This document shows positions 18,013 to 26,440 of a DNA stretch of 64,000 bases, one piece after another; position 1 is the first letter of the stretch; each line of letters begins with the position of its first letter. The notes below the pieces were generated by a model. It did not search any database and was not told the DNA's origin. It saw nothing but the letters and a program-made list of their open reading frames with translations. The position numbers were made by a program, and so were the translations under genes. Source of the DNA: Phycisphaerae bacterium (GTDB lineage Bacteria > Planctomycetota > Phycisphaerae > UBA1845 > Fen-1342); the NCBI GenBank assembly GCA_050115495.1, contig JASFQK010000010.1:32001-96000 (forward strand), given 5' to 3'.

Positions 18013-19875
18013 GTGTCGCTATCACCAGCAGGACAATCGCCGGGCGAACCGGGTGCGGTCGAGCCGCAGCCGACGCCGGCCGACGCCACGCCGGCGGATT
18101 CCGGGGGACTCGCTCCGCTCCCGCTCGACACGACGTCGCCGCAGCTCACGTGGCGGGCCGTGCTGACCGGGATGGTCCTGGGGGGGCTGTTCGCCGTCTG
18201 CAACGTCTACGTGGGGTTGAAGACCGGGACGGTGTCCAGCATGTCCCTCGCGGCGGCACTGCTGGGATACGGCGCGTGGGCTGGGTTGCGCACGGCGAGC
18301 GGGCGGCGAATCCGCTCGTTGGGGATGTTGGAAAACAACATCTGCCAGACGGCGTCATCAGCCGGGGCGAGCGCAGCGTCGGCGGGCCTGGTCGCGGCGA
18401 TACCGGCGCTGACGCTGCTGACGGGACAAACACTCTCGTGGGGCTGGCTGTCGGCGTGGGTGCTGTCGGTCATGCTGGTGGGCATCGTCGTGGCCGTGCC
18501 GCTGCGGCGGCGGATGATCGTCAAGGATCGCCTGCGGTTCCCGGCTGGCGTGGCCTGCGCCGAAATGCTCCGCGATCTGCACACGCGCGGCCGTGGCATG
18601 CTCGCCCGCGGGATCGTGCTTGTCGGCTCCGGCGTGGCGGCGGTAGTGACGCTTCTGCTCGCGGAGGCGAAGGTGCTGTTGCCGTGGATGCCTTCGCTGA
18701 AGATTCGCGGCATCTCGATCGGCACGTTGTCGTTTGGGCTGAGTCCATCGCTGATGCTTGTTGGGATCGGTGGCCTGATCGGCTTGCGTGTCTGCGCGGC
18801 GCTGCTTCTCGGCGCGGTCGTCGCGTATGGCCTGTTGGGGCCCTCGTTTCCCGAGTACGGGCACTTTCAACAGAACGGGCAACTGAGTTTCGCCGGGATG
18901 CAGAGCTGGCTCATCTGGCCCGGTGTGACGCTGATGGTCGTCGGCTCGTTGGCTTCGTTGTGCCTGTCCTGGCGTGTTGTCGCGGGGATGTGGCGGCGTC
19001 GACGGCCGGAGGAGGTGGAAGCGTCGGTTAGGGCGGAAGGCGTTCGGCGATCGTGGTACGTGCTGGCCCTGCTGGTCGTTGGCGGGCTGGCGGTGAGTCT
19101 GCAGATATCACTGTTCGGGATCGTCTGGTGGCTGGCGGTGCTGGCTGTGCTGTTGACGTTCGCCCTGGCGGCGGTGGCCGCTCGCGTGAACGGCGAGGTC
19201 GGCCTGGCGATGGTGGGGGCGATGGGCAAGATCACGCAACTCATGTTTGGGGCTATCGCACCGCAGAGCGCAGTGCCCAACTTGATGGCGGCAAACGTCA
19301 CCGGCGGAGCGGCGAGCCAGTGTGCCGACCTGATGGATGACCTGAAATGTGGATACCTGCTCGGGGCGAGTCCGCGCCGGCAGACGTTAGCTCAGATCTG
19401 TGGTGCGGTCGTGGGGGCGATGGTCGGATCGGCGGCGTACCTCGTGCTGCTTCCCGACCCGAAAGTGATATTCCGGCCGGAAGGCGGGTGGGGGGCGCCC
19501 GCCGTGAAATCCTGGAAGGCCGTTGCCGAGTTGTTTCTCAATGGCTTCGACGCATTGCCGAGAGGGGCGGGGGGCGCGATGGTGCTGGCGGCGGTGGCGG
19601 GAGTCCTGCTGCCCGTGGTTCAGCAGTTGTTGCCGAATCGGTTGCGGGCGCTCGTGCCGAGCCCTGCGGCTCTGGGCCTGGGTTTCCTGCTGGGGGGGGC
19701 AATGGCCATGACGATGTTTGTGGGCGGGTTGCTGGCGGCGGTCGCGGGACGGCTGTTCAAAGGCTGGGCGGCGCGATTCGCCATGGTGATCTGCGTTGGC
19801 CTGGTCGTCGGCGAGAGCCTGACTGGCACCGCAACGGCCCTGTTGAAGGCACTCTGGGGTATCTCCCTTTCCTAA
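18013..19875 (+). CDS. OPT-family oligopeptide transporter (start uncertain; ORF open from 17875)
   Basis: QLTWRAVLTG, NVYVGLKTG, LENNICQTASS, LRFPAGVACAE and DLMDDLKCGYLLGASPRRQ motifs; many TM helices. Confidence 0.92.
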   Translation: MSLSPAGQSPGEPGAVEPQPTPADATPADSGGLAPLPLDTTSPQLTWRAVLTGMVLGGLFAVCNVYVGLKTGTVSSMSLAAALLGYGAWAGLRTASGRRIRSLGMLENNICQTASSAGASAASAGLVAAIPALTLLTGQTLSWGWLSAWVLSVMLVGIVVAVPLRRRMIVKDRLRFPAGVACAEMLRDLHTRGRGMLARGIVLVGSGVAAVVTLLLAEAKVLLPWMPSLKIRGISIGTLSFGLSPSLMLVGIGGLIGLRVCAALLLGAVVAYGLLGPSFPEYGHFQQNGQLSFAGMQSWLIWPGVTLMVVGSLASLCLSWRVVAGMWRRRRPEEVEASVRAEGVRRSWYVLALLVVGGLAVSLQISLFGIVWWLAVLAVLLTFALAAVAARVNGEVGLAMVGAMGKITQLMFGAIAPQSAVPNLMAANVTGGAASQCADLMDDLKCGYLLGASPRRQTLAQICGAVVGAMVGSAAYLVLLPDPKVIFRPEGGWGAPAVKSWKAVAELFLNGFDALPRGAGGAMVLAAVAGVLLPVVQQLLPNRLRALVPSPAALGLGFLLGGAMAMTMFVGGLLAAVAGRLFKGWAARFAMVICVGLVVGESLTGTATALLKALWGISLS

Positions 19876-19879
19876 CGCA

Positions 19880-19928
19880 ACACGCACCGCCGCAGTCGGG
19901 TCGACCGCAGGCGGTGCGTGTGTTGTTC
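19880..19928. terminator. Inverted repeat between convergent genes, likely a terminator
   Basis: ACACGCACCGCC (19880-19891) pairs perfectly with GGCGGTGCGTGT (19910-19921), followed by a T-rich tail. Confidence 0.6.
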
Positions 19929-19975
19929 GGTCCGTCCGGCGGCCGCACGGGGCGGCCGGGCCGGCGGTTCAGCGG

Positions 19976-21052
19976 CTATTCCTCGGGCTCGACCAGCTTG
20001 AACTCTCGCTCGATGATCGGCGCCTCGTTCCCGATCGAGAACAGCTTGGCGACGAACTTCTCGCCACCGGCAGCCACCAGGTCAGCCACCGGCACGGCGA
20101 CGGCCACGCCGCGCTTGCCGAGGCTGGGCGACCAGGTGAACTCGTGCTCGACGAGGTACTCGGTGCCGTCCTTGGGCGAGATCGCCAGCCGGAAGTCGTT
20201 GCGGTCGCAGGGCTTGGGCAGGTCGCGGGCCACCAGCAGGATCTCGGCCACGTTGGTCGGGACCTTGCTGGTTTCCTCGTAGCGGCCTTCGTAGTAGCCA
20301 GTGGCGACGATGAGGCAATCGCCGTCCAGCTTCACGCTCACTTCGATCGGGGCAACGGCCTTGTTCAGGGCCGCCGCCACCTCGAGGGCGACGTCCTCAG
20401 CCAAGTCTTCGGGCGAGGAGCCCGGCGGGCTGTTCCACTGCGAGTCGTCCTTCTCGATCGGCTGCGTCGTGTAGCTCACCAGCACGTGCCCGGTGGCTGC
20501 ATCGATGACCCGCACGTTGCCGGCGAGGCGGGCGATGTGCCGGTACTCGGTGTACACGTCCTCGCCGACCACGACTGGCCGTCCGGCGCGGTCGCGGATC
20601 ACGCGGCCCCGGCGGTCCTTGGCGTAGCGGGGCACGCGTCGCTCGTGCTGTTCGCGCGCGAGGTCGTATTGCGTGATGCGCCCGATGACCAGGGCCTGGG
20701 CGACCTCGACCATGCCCTCGGGCATAGCGGTGCCGGGATCAGACACGCCAGCGAGCCGCGCCAAGTCCTGTTCGGTCATGACGGCGGCCAGATCGCTCCG
20801 TGTGGCCACGTGGAACGCGCCGCTCTGCGTCAGGAGATCCACGAAATAGAACTCGGCTTGGCGGGCGGCCTCGGCTGCTTCCGGCTTGTCCGCCGGCACC
20901 TGGAAGGGCAGCACAGCGATACGCCGGTAGCTCTCATACTGCCACTCTGGATGGGAAACGATGTTGGCCGACCGCCGCTTGGCACAGCCGGCGCAGACAA
21001 GCAGCGCCATGCCCAGTACAAGTAACCACTTCCCTGCGCGCACCATGGGCAT
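19976..21052 (-). CDS. Lipoprotein of CsgG/LpoB-like (TolB_N-type) fold
   Basis: Lipobox CAGC; RIAVLPF; R.DL..VMTEQ; RVIDAATG. Confidence 0.7.
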   Translation of the reverse strand: MPMVRAGKWLLVLGMALLVCAGCAKRRSANIVSHPEWQYESYRRIAVLPFQVPADKPEAAEAARQAEFYFVDLLTQSGAFHVATRSDLAAVMTEQDLARLAGVSDPGTAMPEGMVEVAQALVIGRITQYDLAREQHERRVPRYAKDRRGRVIRDRAGRPVVVGEDVYTEYRHIARLAGNVRVIDAATGHVLVSYTTQPIEKDDSQWNSPPGSSPEDLAEDVALEVAAALNKAVAPIEVSVKLDGDCLIVATGYYEGRYEETSKVPTNVAEILLVARDLPKPCDRNDFRLAISPKDGTEYLVEHEFTWSPSLGKRGVAVAVPVADLVAAGGEKFVAKLFSIGNEAPIIEREFKLVEPEE

Positions 21053-21120
21053 CTCCTTGAGGGGGCTCTGTGAATGGACAGCCGGAGGGCGACGAGGTCG
21101 CCCCCGGCCGCGTGCTCAGA

Positions 21121-21306
21121 TCAGTTGGTGCCCGTCAGTCCGCCGAGAAGGGCGCTGACCAGGCCCGAAAGCCCGGTCGAGAGCACCGTTTGCAGGATCG
21201 AAGAGAGCTGCCGATCGCTGAGGCCCGAGCAGCCACCAGCGCTCATCAACGTCATGCAGCCCAGGCAGAACATCATCATCCGACCGCGCCAAACTGGATT
21301 CTTCAT
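21121..21306 (-). CDS. Small (61 aa) putative lipoprotein with an amphipathic helix
   Basis: GAAAGGA RBS; basic N-region, hydrophobic core and AGGC lipobox; its own TATAAT at 21351-21356. Confidence 0.65.
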   Translation of the reverse strand: MKNPVWRGRMMMFCLGCMTLMSAGGCSGLSDRQLSSILQTVLSTGLSGLVSALLGGLTGTN

Positions 21307-21362
21307 GTTCCTTTCCTCTTACAGGCTAAGTGAAAACCACCCACGGGCGCATTATAGCCCGT

Positions 21363-22562
21363 TCAAGGATTCCGGCGAGCGGGCTGGCTGGTGGGTTCGC
21401 CGCGTTTGAGGATCTCGATCTCCGTCGCTCGCACCACGTCCGCTCCCAGGGCCGCGTCGTGCCGTTTTTCGCCCCGGACGCCGACGTATTGCCCGATGAA
21501 CGGGGTCATGTCGATAGTTGTCGCCGGCGCCAACTCGACGTAGGCGACGACCCGTTTGGCCAGAGGGTCGAGGATCTCGAATCCGGGGCGGCTCGGTTCT
21601 GAACCGGTCGCGTAGCTGCGTAGCAACTGGCCGCGGGCGGCGTACGCCGGCCGGCTGGTGGCACCTTCGCGGGCCCGGCGGATCTGCTCCATCTCCCGCT
21701 GGAAACGGGCCCGGGCGTCGCGGGAGCGGTCGGCGATGTCGCGGGCCTGGCCCAGCGCCGCCTGTTCCGCCTCCCGCTGCTGCAAGCGGGTGATCCACTC
21801 CGCCGCCAGCCGGGCCACGCGGGGCTCCTCCCGCTGTTCGGCCAGGGGGCGAAGCTCCTCCCGGGCTCCGGTCCATTCCTGTTCGAGTGGCGGCTTGCGG
21901 CTTTCGGCGTCGATGACGGCCTCGATCAGGACGAGCCGCTGGGCCCATTTGCCCGTCAAGTCGAGTTCGTCGCTGGGTTGCGAGGTGGCCGCCGGCTCGG
22001 TGGTCGCGCCGGGCTGGGCCGCGGCCTTCTCCTCCCGGAGCCGCTGGGCGGTCTCGGCGTCAATGCGCTCGACGAACTCATTCGAGATGTAGAAGAACAC
22101 ATTCGGCGGCGGCACGATCTGGAGCCAGTCGCCGTCGCGGCCGACGATCCGCACTTCGGTGCCGCGGGACAAGCGGGTCTGCACCTCGCTGCGGAGGGGT
22201 TCGAGCGTGGTCAGGCGGCTGCCGACGCGGACGCGGAGCCGGCCGCTGGCCACGGATACGACGCCGCGGTCCGCGTCGAGCTGGTCGATGTAGGTCGCTG
22301 AGACGTAGGAGAACACGCCTTCCGGCGGCACGATGCGGTGCCAGCCGTACTGCTCGTCGATCGCCTCAAGCACCGCGTCGTGGTCGAACTGCTCGACGGC
22401 CGTGCTGTTCCGGTCGGGACGGTTGCGGAGGTGGACGCGGTCGGCGGTGACCCGCAGCCAGTAGTGGGCGGGCTCCGGCTCGGCGGGAGGCGTCTGCCCG
22501 AGACCAGCGATGGCCATCGCGGCCCACGACAGGGCAAGCGCCGCCTGGAACAACCTTCTCAT
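21363..22562 (-). CDS. Exported SH3b-domain protein with coiled coil
   Basis: Signal peptide; two SH3b-like units (VHLRNRP...GWHRIVPP; LRVRVG...DWLQIVPP). Confidence 0.8.
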   Translation of the reverse strand: MRRLFQAALALSWAAMAIAGLGQTPPAEPEPAHYWLRVTADRVHLRNRPDRNSTAVEQFDHDAVLEAIDEQYGWHRIVPPEGVFSYVSATYIDQLDADRGVVSVASGRLRVRVGSRLTTLEPLRSEVQTRLSRGTEVRIVGRDGDWLQIVPPPNVFFYISNEFVERIDAETAQRLREEKAAAQPGATTEPAATSQPSDELDLTGKWAQRLVLIEAVIDAESRKPPLEQEWTGAREELRPLAEQREEPRVARLAAEWITRLQQREAEQAALGQARDIADRSRDARARFQREMEQIRRAREGATSRPAYAARGQLLRSYATGSEPSRPGFEILDPLAKRVVAYVELAPATTIDMTPFIGQYVGVRGEKRHDAALGADVVRATEIEILKRGEPTSQPARRNP

Positions 22563-22776
22563 GGCGAATCCTCACCTTCAGCCGACGGGCCGGGGTGCTG
22601 ACCGCACACCAACGCGGAGGCTAGCTCTCCGCCGGTCCGGTGTCAATTTATCCGGGGGCGGGCTCATGGCTTACGGCTCTGCCTGCTCGCGGCTCACAGC
22701 TTGCGGCAGGATTCCGCGCTGTCGGCGGTCGGCGCCCTTGGCGCACAGGCCTAGTTGCGGGCATTCTACCCGCACG

Positions 22777-23829
22777 ATGCCACGCACGGCGGGCCAATCC
22801 GACTCTCTGACGCTGCTGTTCACCTGTGTGGGGCGGCGGATCGAGCTGTTGCAGGCGTTCCGGGCTGCGGCCCGCCGCCTGCGGATCGGTCTGCGCCTGG
22901 TCGCCGTGGACAGCGACGTAACCGCGCCCGGGCTAACCTGCGCCGATGAGGGCGTGGTGCTGCCGCGCGTCGACGATCCGGCGTACATCCCGGCGCTGCT
23001 CGACACCGTGCGGCGGGTCGGGGCCCAGGCCCTCGTGCCGACGGTGGACACCGACCTCATCCTGCTGAGCGAACACCGTCAGACGCTGGTCGATCTCGGC
23101 TGCGTGCCGCTCATCGCCGAGCCGGACGTCATCGGCAACTGCCGGAACAAGCTGCGGACGTTCGAGTTTCTGCGGGCGCAGGGGATCGACACGCCACAGA
23201 CGTACACGCCGGAGCAGACCCGGGCCCTGGCTGAGCCGCCGTTTCCGCTGTTTGGCAAGCCGCTGTGCGGCAGTGCGAGTCAGCGGGTGCGGAAGCTGGT
23301 CGATCGCCTCGACCTGGACTACTACCTCCAGCGGTACAACGACGTCATTATCCAGGAGTTCATCGAGGGGCAGGAATACACGCTCGACGTGTACGTCGGG
23401 CTGACGGGGGAGCCGCGCTGCGTGGTGCCCCGCGCCCGCTGGCAGACGCGCACCGGTGAAGTGTGCAAGGGCGTGGTCGTCAAGGATCCGGCGATCATGG
23501 AGGCCGGCCGCCGCGTCGTAACCGCTCTCGGTCCGTCGCCGCGCGGGTTGGTCACGCTGCAATGCATCGTCACCAAGGCCGGCCGGATCTGCTTCATCGA
23601 GATTAACCCCCGGTTTGGGGGTGGGGCGCCGCTAGGGATTGCCGCGGGGGCGGACTACCCAGCGTGGATCCTGCAGGAGCTGCTGGGGCGGAAGCCGCGG
23701 ATTCAATTCGATGGCTTCCGGCACGGCCTGGCCATGTTGCGGTACGACTGGTCCGTGTTCCTGCAACTCGACGACGACCTGCACCCGAAGCTGACCACGC
23801 CACTGCGGCCCTGGCCGCCGTTCAAGTAG
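22777..23829 (+). CDS. ATP-grasp domain protein (carbamoyl-phosphate synthase-like, glycan-associated type)
   Basis: LFTCVGRRIEL, VPTVDTDL, IIQEFIEGQEYTLD and IEINPRFGGG motifs; start refined to the ATG at 22777. Confidence 0.85.
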   Translation: MPRTAGQSDSLTLLFTCVGRRIELLQAFRAAARRLRIGLRLVAVDSDVTAPGLTCADEGVVLPRVDDPAYIPALLDTVRRVGAQALVPTVDTDLILLSEHRQTLVDLGCVPLIAEPDVIGNCRNKLRTFEFLRAQGIDTPQTYTPEQTRALAEPPFPLFGKPLCGSASQRVRKLVDRLDLDYYLQRYNDVIIQEFIEGQEYTLDVYVGLTGEPRCVVPRARWQTRTGEVCKGVVVKDPAIMEAGRRVVTALGPSPRGLVTLQCIVTKAGRICFIEINPRFGGGAPLGIAAGADYPAWILQELLGRKPRIQFDGFRHGLAMLRYDWSVFLQLDDDLHPKLTTPLRPWPPFK

Positions 23830-23843
23830 GGGGAGGGCAGGCG

Positions 23844-24902
23844 CTACTCGTAGCGCTCGCCGTGGTGCTTCCGCCGAACGTCCACCAGGTCCCTGATCCG
23901 CTGCACGTGATCCCGGTGACAAACCAGCGTGGCGTCCGCGCTGTGCACGATGACCAAGTCGTCGACGCCGAGCGTCACCAGCAGGTGGTCGTCCTCGGCG
24001 ACGAGCACGTTCTGCTTGCCATCGACGACGAGAGCGTTCGACGCGACGGCGGCGTTGCCGGCGTGGTCGGCATCGCGCGTGGCGGCGATGGCCAGCCACG
24101 AGCCGAGGTCGAGCCAGCGGCAGTTCATCTCGACGAGCAGCACGCTGGCGGCTTTCTCCATCACGCCGAAGTCGATCGAGATCTTGGGCAGGCTCTCGAA
24201 GCCGGCCCTGGTCGTTGGCTGTGACCATCCCGCCGCCAACTCGGTAAGCTTCGCCGCATTCTCCGGCAGGTGCTCGCGCAGCGCCGCCAGGATCGCCGGC
24301 AGCTTCCAGGCGAACATGCCGCTGTTCCACAGGTAATCGCCGGAAGCGACGTACTCGCGGGCGACGTCGAGCGAAGGCTTTTCCTTGAAGGCTTGGACGC
24401 GGTAGGTCTGCGGGGCGACCTGCTCACCGCGGTGCAGGTAGCCGTAGCCGGTGTGCGGCTCGGCGGGCGTGATGCCGAAGGTGACGAGGCTTTCCGGGAA
24501 CTGCTCAGCCGCGGTCAGGCCGGCCTCGATCGCCGCGGCGAATTTGTCCTGCGGGCTGATCAGATGGTCGGCGGTGAAGACGGCCATCGTGCCGTCGGCG
24601 TCACGGCGGGCGAGCAGGTTCGCCGCCAAGCCGATGGCGTTTGCCGTGTCGCGGCCGATCGGCTCACCGATGAGGTTCTCGCGCGGCACATCGGGCAGCT
24701 CGGCGGCGACCTGGTCGATGTAGTCGGCCGAGGTGATGACCCAGGTGTTCTCGGCGGCGAAGAGGCCGTCGAGGCGTTCGCGGGCGATCTGCAGCAGCGA
24801 GCGACCGTCGAAAAGTCGCAGGAGCTGTTTCGGTCGGAGTCGGCGGCTGAGTGGCCACAGGCGCGTGCCCGCGCCGCCGGCCATGATTACGGCGTGTCGC
24901 AT
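23844..24902 (-). CDS. manC: Mannose-1-phosphate guanylyltransferase
   Basis: MRHAVIMAGGAGTRLWPLSR..PKQ, EPIGRDTA, FKEKP, WNSGMF, SIDFGVMEK and WLDLGSW; GGGAG RBS. The upstream part of the 905-aa ORF is a shadow of pgi. Confidence 0.92.
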   Translation of the reverse strand: MRHAVIMAGGAGTRLWPLSRRLRPKQLLRLFDGRSLLQIARERLDGLFAAENTWVITSADYIDQVAAELPDVPRENLIGEPIGRDTANAIGLAANLLARRDADGTMAVFTADHLISPQDKFAAAIEAGLTAAEQFPESLVTFGITPAEPHTGYGYLHRGEQVAPQTYRVQAFKEKPSLDVAREYVASGDYLWNSGMFAWKLPAILAALREHLPENAAKLTELAAGWSQPTTRAGFESLPKISIDFGVMEKAASVLLVEMNCRWLDLGSWLAIAATRDADHAGNAAVASNALVVDGKQNVLVAEDDHLLVTLGVDDLVIVHSADATLVCHRDHVQRIRDLVDVRRKHHGERYE

Positions 24903-24943
24903 CAGCAATACTCCCTGTCGTGGGCGTCCGGTTCGCGTCCGGC

Positions 24944-26356
24944 TCAGACGACGTGCTTGCCGCCGCGGGCGCTTTGGCGGGCGAGGTCTTTCGCCTGCTT
25001 CTCGTAACCAGGCCGGCCCATCAGGGCGAAGGTGTATTCCTTGCCCAGTTGCACCGCCGGCTGGTCGTAGGGGTTGATGTTGAGCAGCCCGCCGGCGATG
25101 GTCGTGGCTGCTTCCCACAGCATGATGAACTGCCCGACGGTCTCCTCGGTGATCTTCGGCAGCTTGATTGTCAGGCACGGCCGGCCGCTGGCGACGAGAG
25201 CGGCCTCGGTGGCGAGCTTCTCCGCGTTGAGCAGCTTGCCGAGCGTCGAGCCCGCCAGGTAGCGGACCGCGTCGGGCGTGCCGGACCGGCGGGGGATCTT
25301 CACGTTGCGGGCGAACTTGTCGACTTCGAGGAAGATCAGCACCTTGTCGTTCGGGCCTTCGCGGTAGAGCTGGACCTGCGAATGCTGGTCGGTTGCACCC
25401 AGGGCCTTGATCGGCGTCGGGCCGACGGAGGCGGGGCGGCCCTGGAGGTCCTGCTGCTTGCCGAGGCTCTCGGCCCAGAGCTGCCGGTACCAGTCGGCCA
25501 GGTCGCGCAGTTGCTGGCTGTAGGGCATCATGACGTGCAGCCGCTTGCCGCGCACGTAGAAGGCGTGCAGCAGCAGGGCCAGCATCGCGGCGGGGTTCTG
25601 TTTCACGCGCGGCGTCGCCACGCGCTTGCTCATTTCGGCCGCACCGGCGAGCAGGCGGTCGATGGCGATGCCGCACATGCCGGCGGAGAACAGACCGACC
25701 GCGGACAGCACGGAGAAACGGCCGCCGACACCATCTGGCACCGGCAGGGCTTCGTAGCCTTCGCCTGTGACCGTGTCGCGCAGCGTGCCGCTTTCGGCGT
25801 CGGTGGTGACGAGGATCTGCCGCGTGAGGGCCTTCGCGCCGAGCTTGCGGGCCAGCAGGTCCTGGATGATGAGGAACTGGGCGGCGGTTTCGGCGGTCTC
25901 GCCCGACTTGCTGATCACGTTGAAGAGCGTTCGCCGCAGACCCGTGCCGAGCGCGTCCACCAGACCGGCGAACTGCACCGGATCGACGTTGTCCATCACG
26001 AACAGCCGCGGGCCGCGCCGCTTGGCCGTCGGCAGCAGGTTGTGCTGTTGCGGGTTCAGGGCACTCTGCAGGGCGATGTTGCCCAGGGCCGAGCCACCGA
26101 TGCCGAGCACGACGAGGTTCTCCACGCCCGGGCGGTGCTTGCGGACGGCGGTCTTGACGGCGGCGAGCATCGCCTTGTCGGCCGGCAGGTCGCGGTAGCG
26201 GTGCTGGCCGGTCTTGCGCTCGCGCTCCACCCGGCGGATGATCTCCGCCACGGCGGGCTCGGCGCGCTTGATCTCCGCCGGCGCCAGGCCGTGCACGGGC
26301 CCGATCGCGGCCGCCAGGACGTTTCCGTACTCGATAGACAGCATGTCTCGCGCCAT
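24944..26356 (-). CDS. pgi: Glucose-6-phosphate isomerase
   Basis: GIGGSALG, ISKSGETAET, VGGRFSV, QLWAESLGK, DQHSQVQLY and NPYDQP motifs. Confidence 0.95.
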   Translation of the reverse strand: MARDMLSIEYGNVLAAAIGPVHGLAPAEIKRAEPAVAEIIRRVERERKTGQHRYRDLPADKAMLAAVKTAVRKHRPGVENLVVLGIGGSALGNIALQSALNPQQHNLLPTAKRRGPRLFVMDNVDPVQFAGLVDALGTGLRRTLFNVISKSGETAETAAQFLIIQDLLARKLGAKALTRQILVTTDAESGTLRDTVTGEGYEALPVPDGVGGRFSVLSAVGLFSAGMCGIAIDRLLAGAAEMSKRVATPRVKQNPAAMLALLLHAFYVRGKRLHVMMPYSQQLRDLADWYRQLWAESLGKQQDLQGRPASVGPTPIKALGATDQHSQVQLYREGPNDKVLIFLEVDKFARNVKIPRRSGTPDAVRYLAGSTLGKLLNAEKLATEAALVASGRPCLTIKLPKITEETVGQFIMLWEAATTIAGGLLNINPYDQPAVQLGKEYTFALMGRPGYEKQAKDLARQSARGGKHVV

Positions 26357-26440
26357 CTGCGTGTTCTCCCTTCAGGATCGGCGGGCTGCACCACGGAGCA
26401 TACCGGCCGGCACTGCGGCTGGCCACGCACGCACCGCGGA

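Noticed and set aside
25040..25075. Pgi C-terminal signature DQPAVQLGK (Q for the usual E)
   Set aside because: The catalytic Glu (AESLGK), His (QHS) and Lys are present, so this is likely neutral variation
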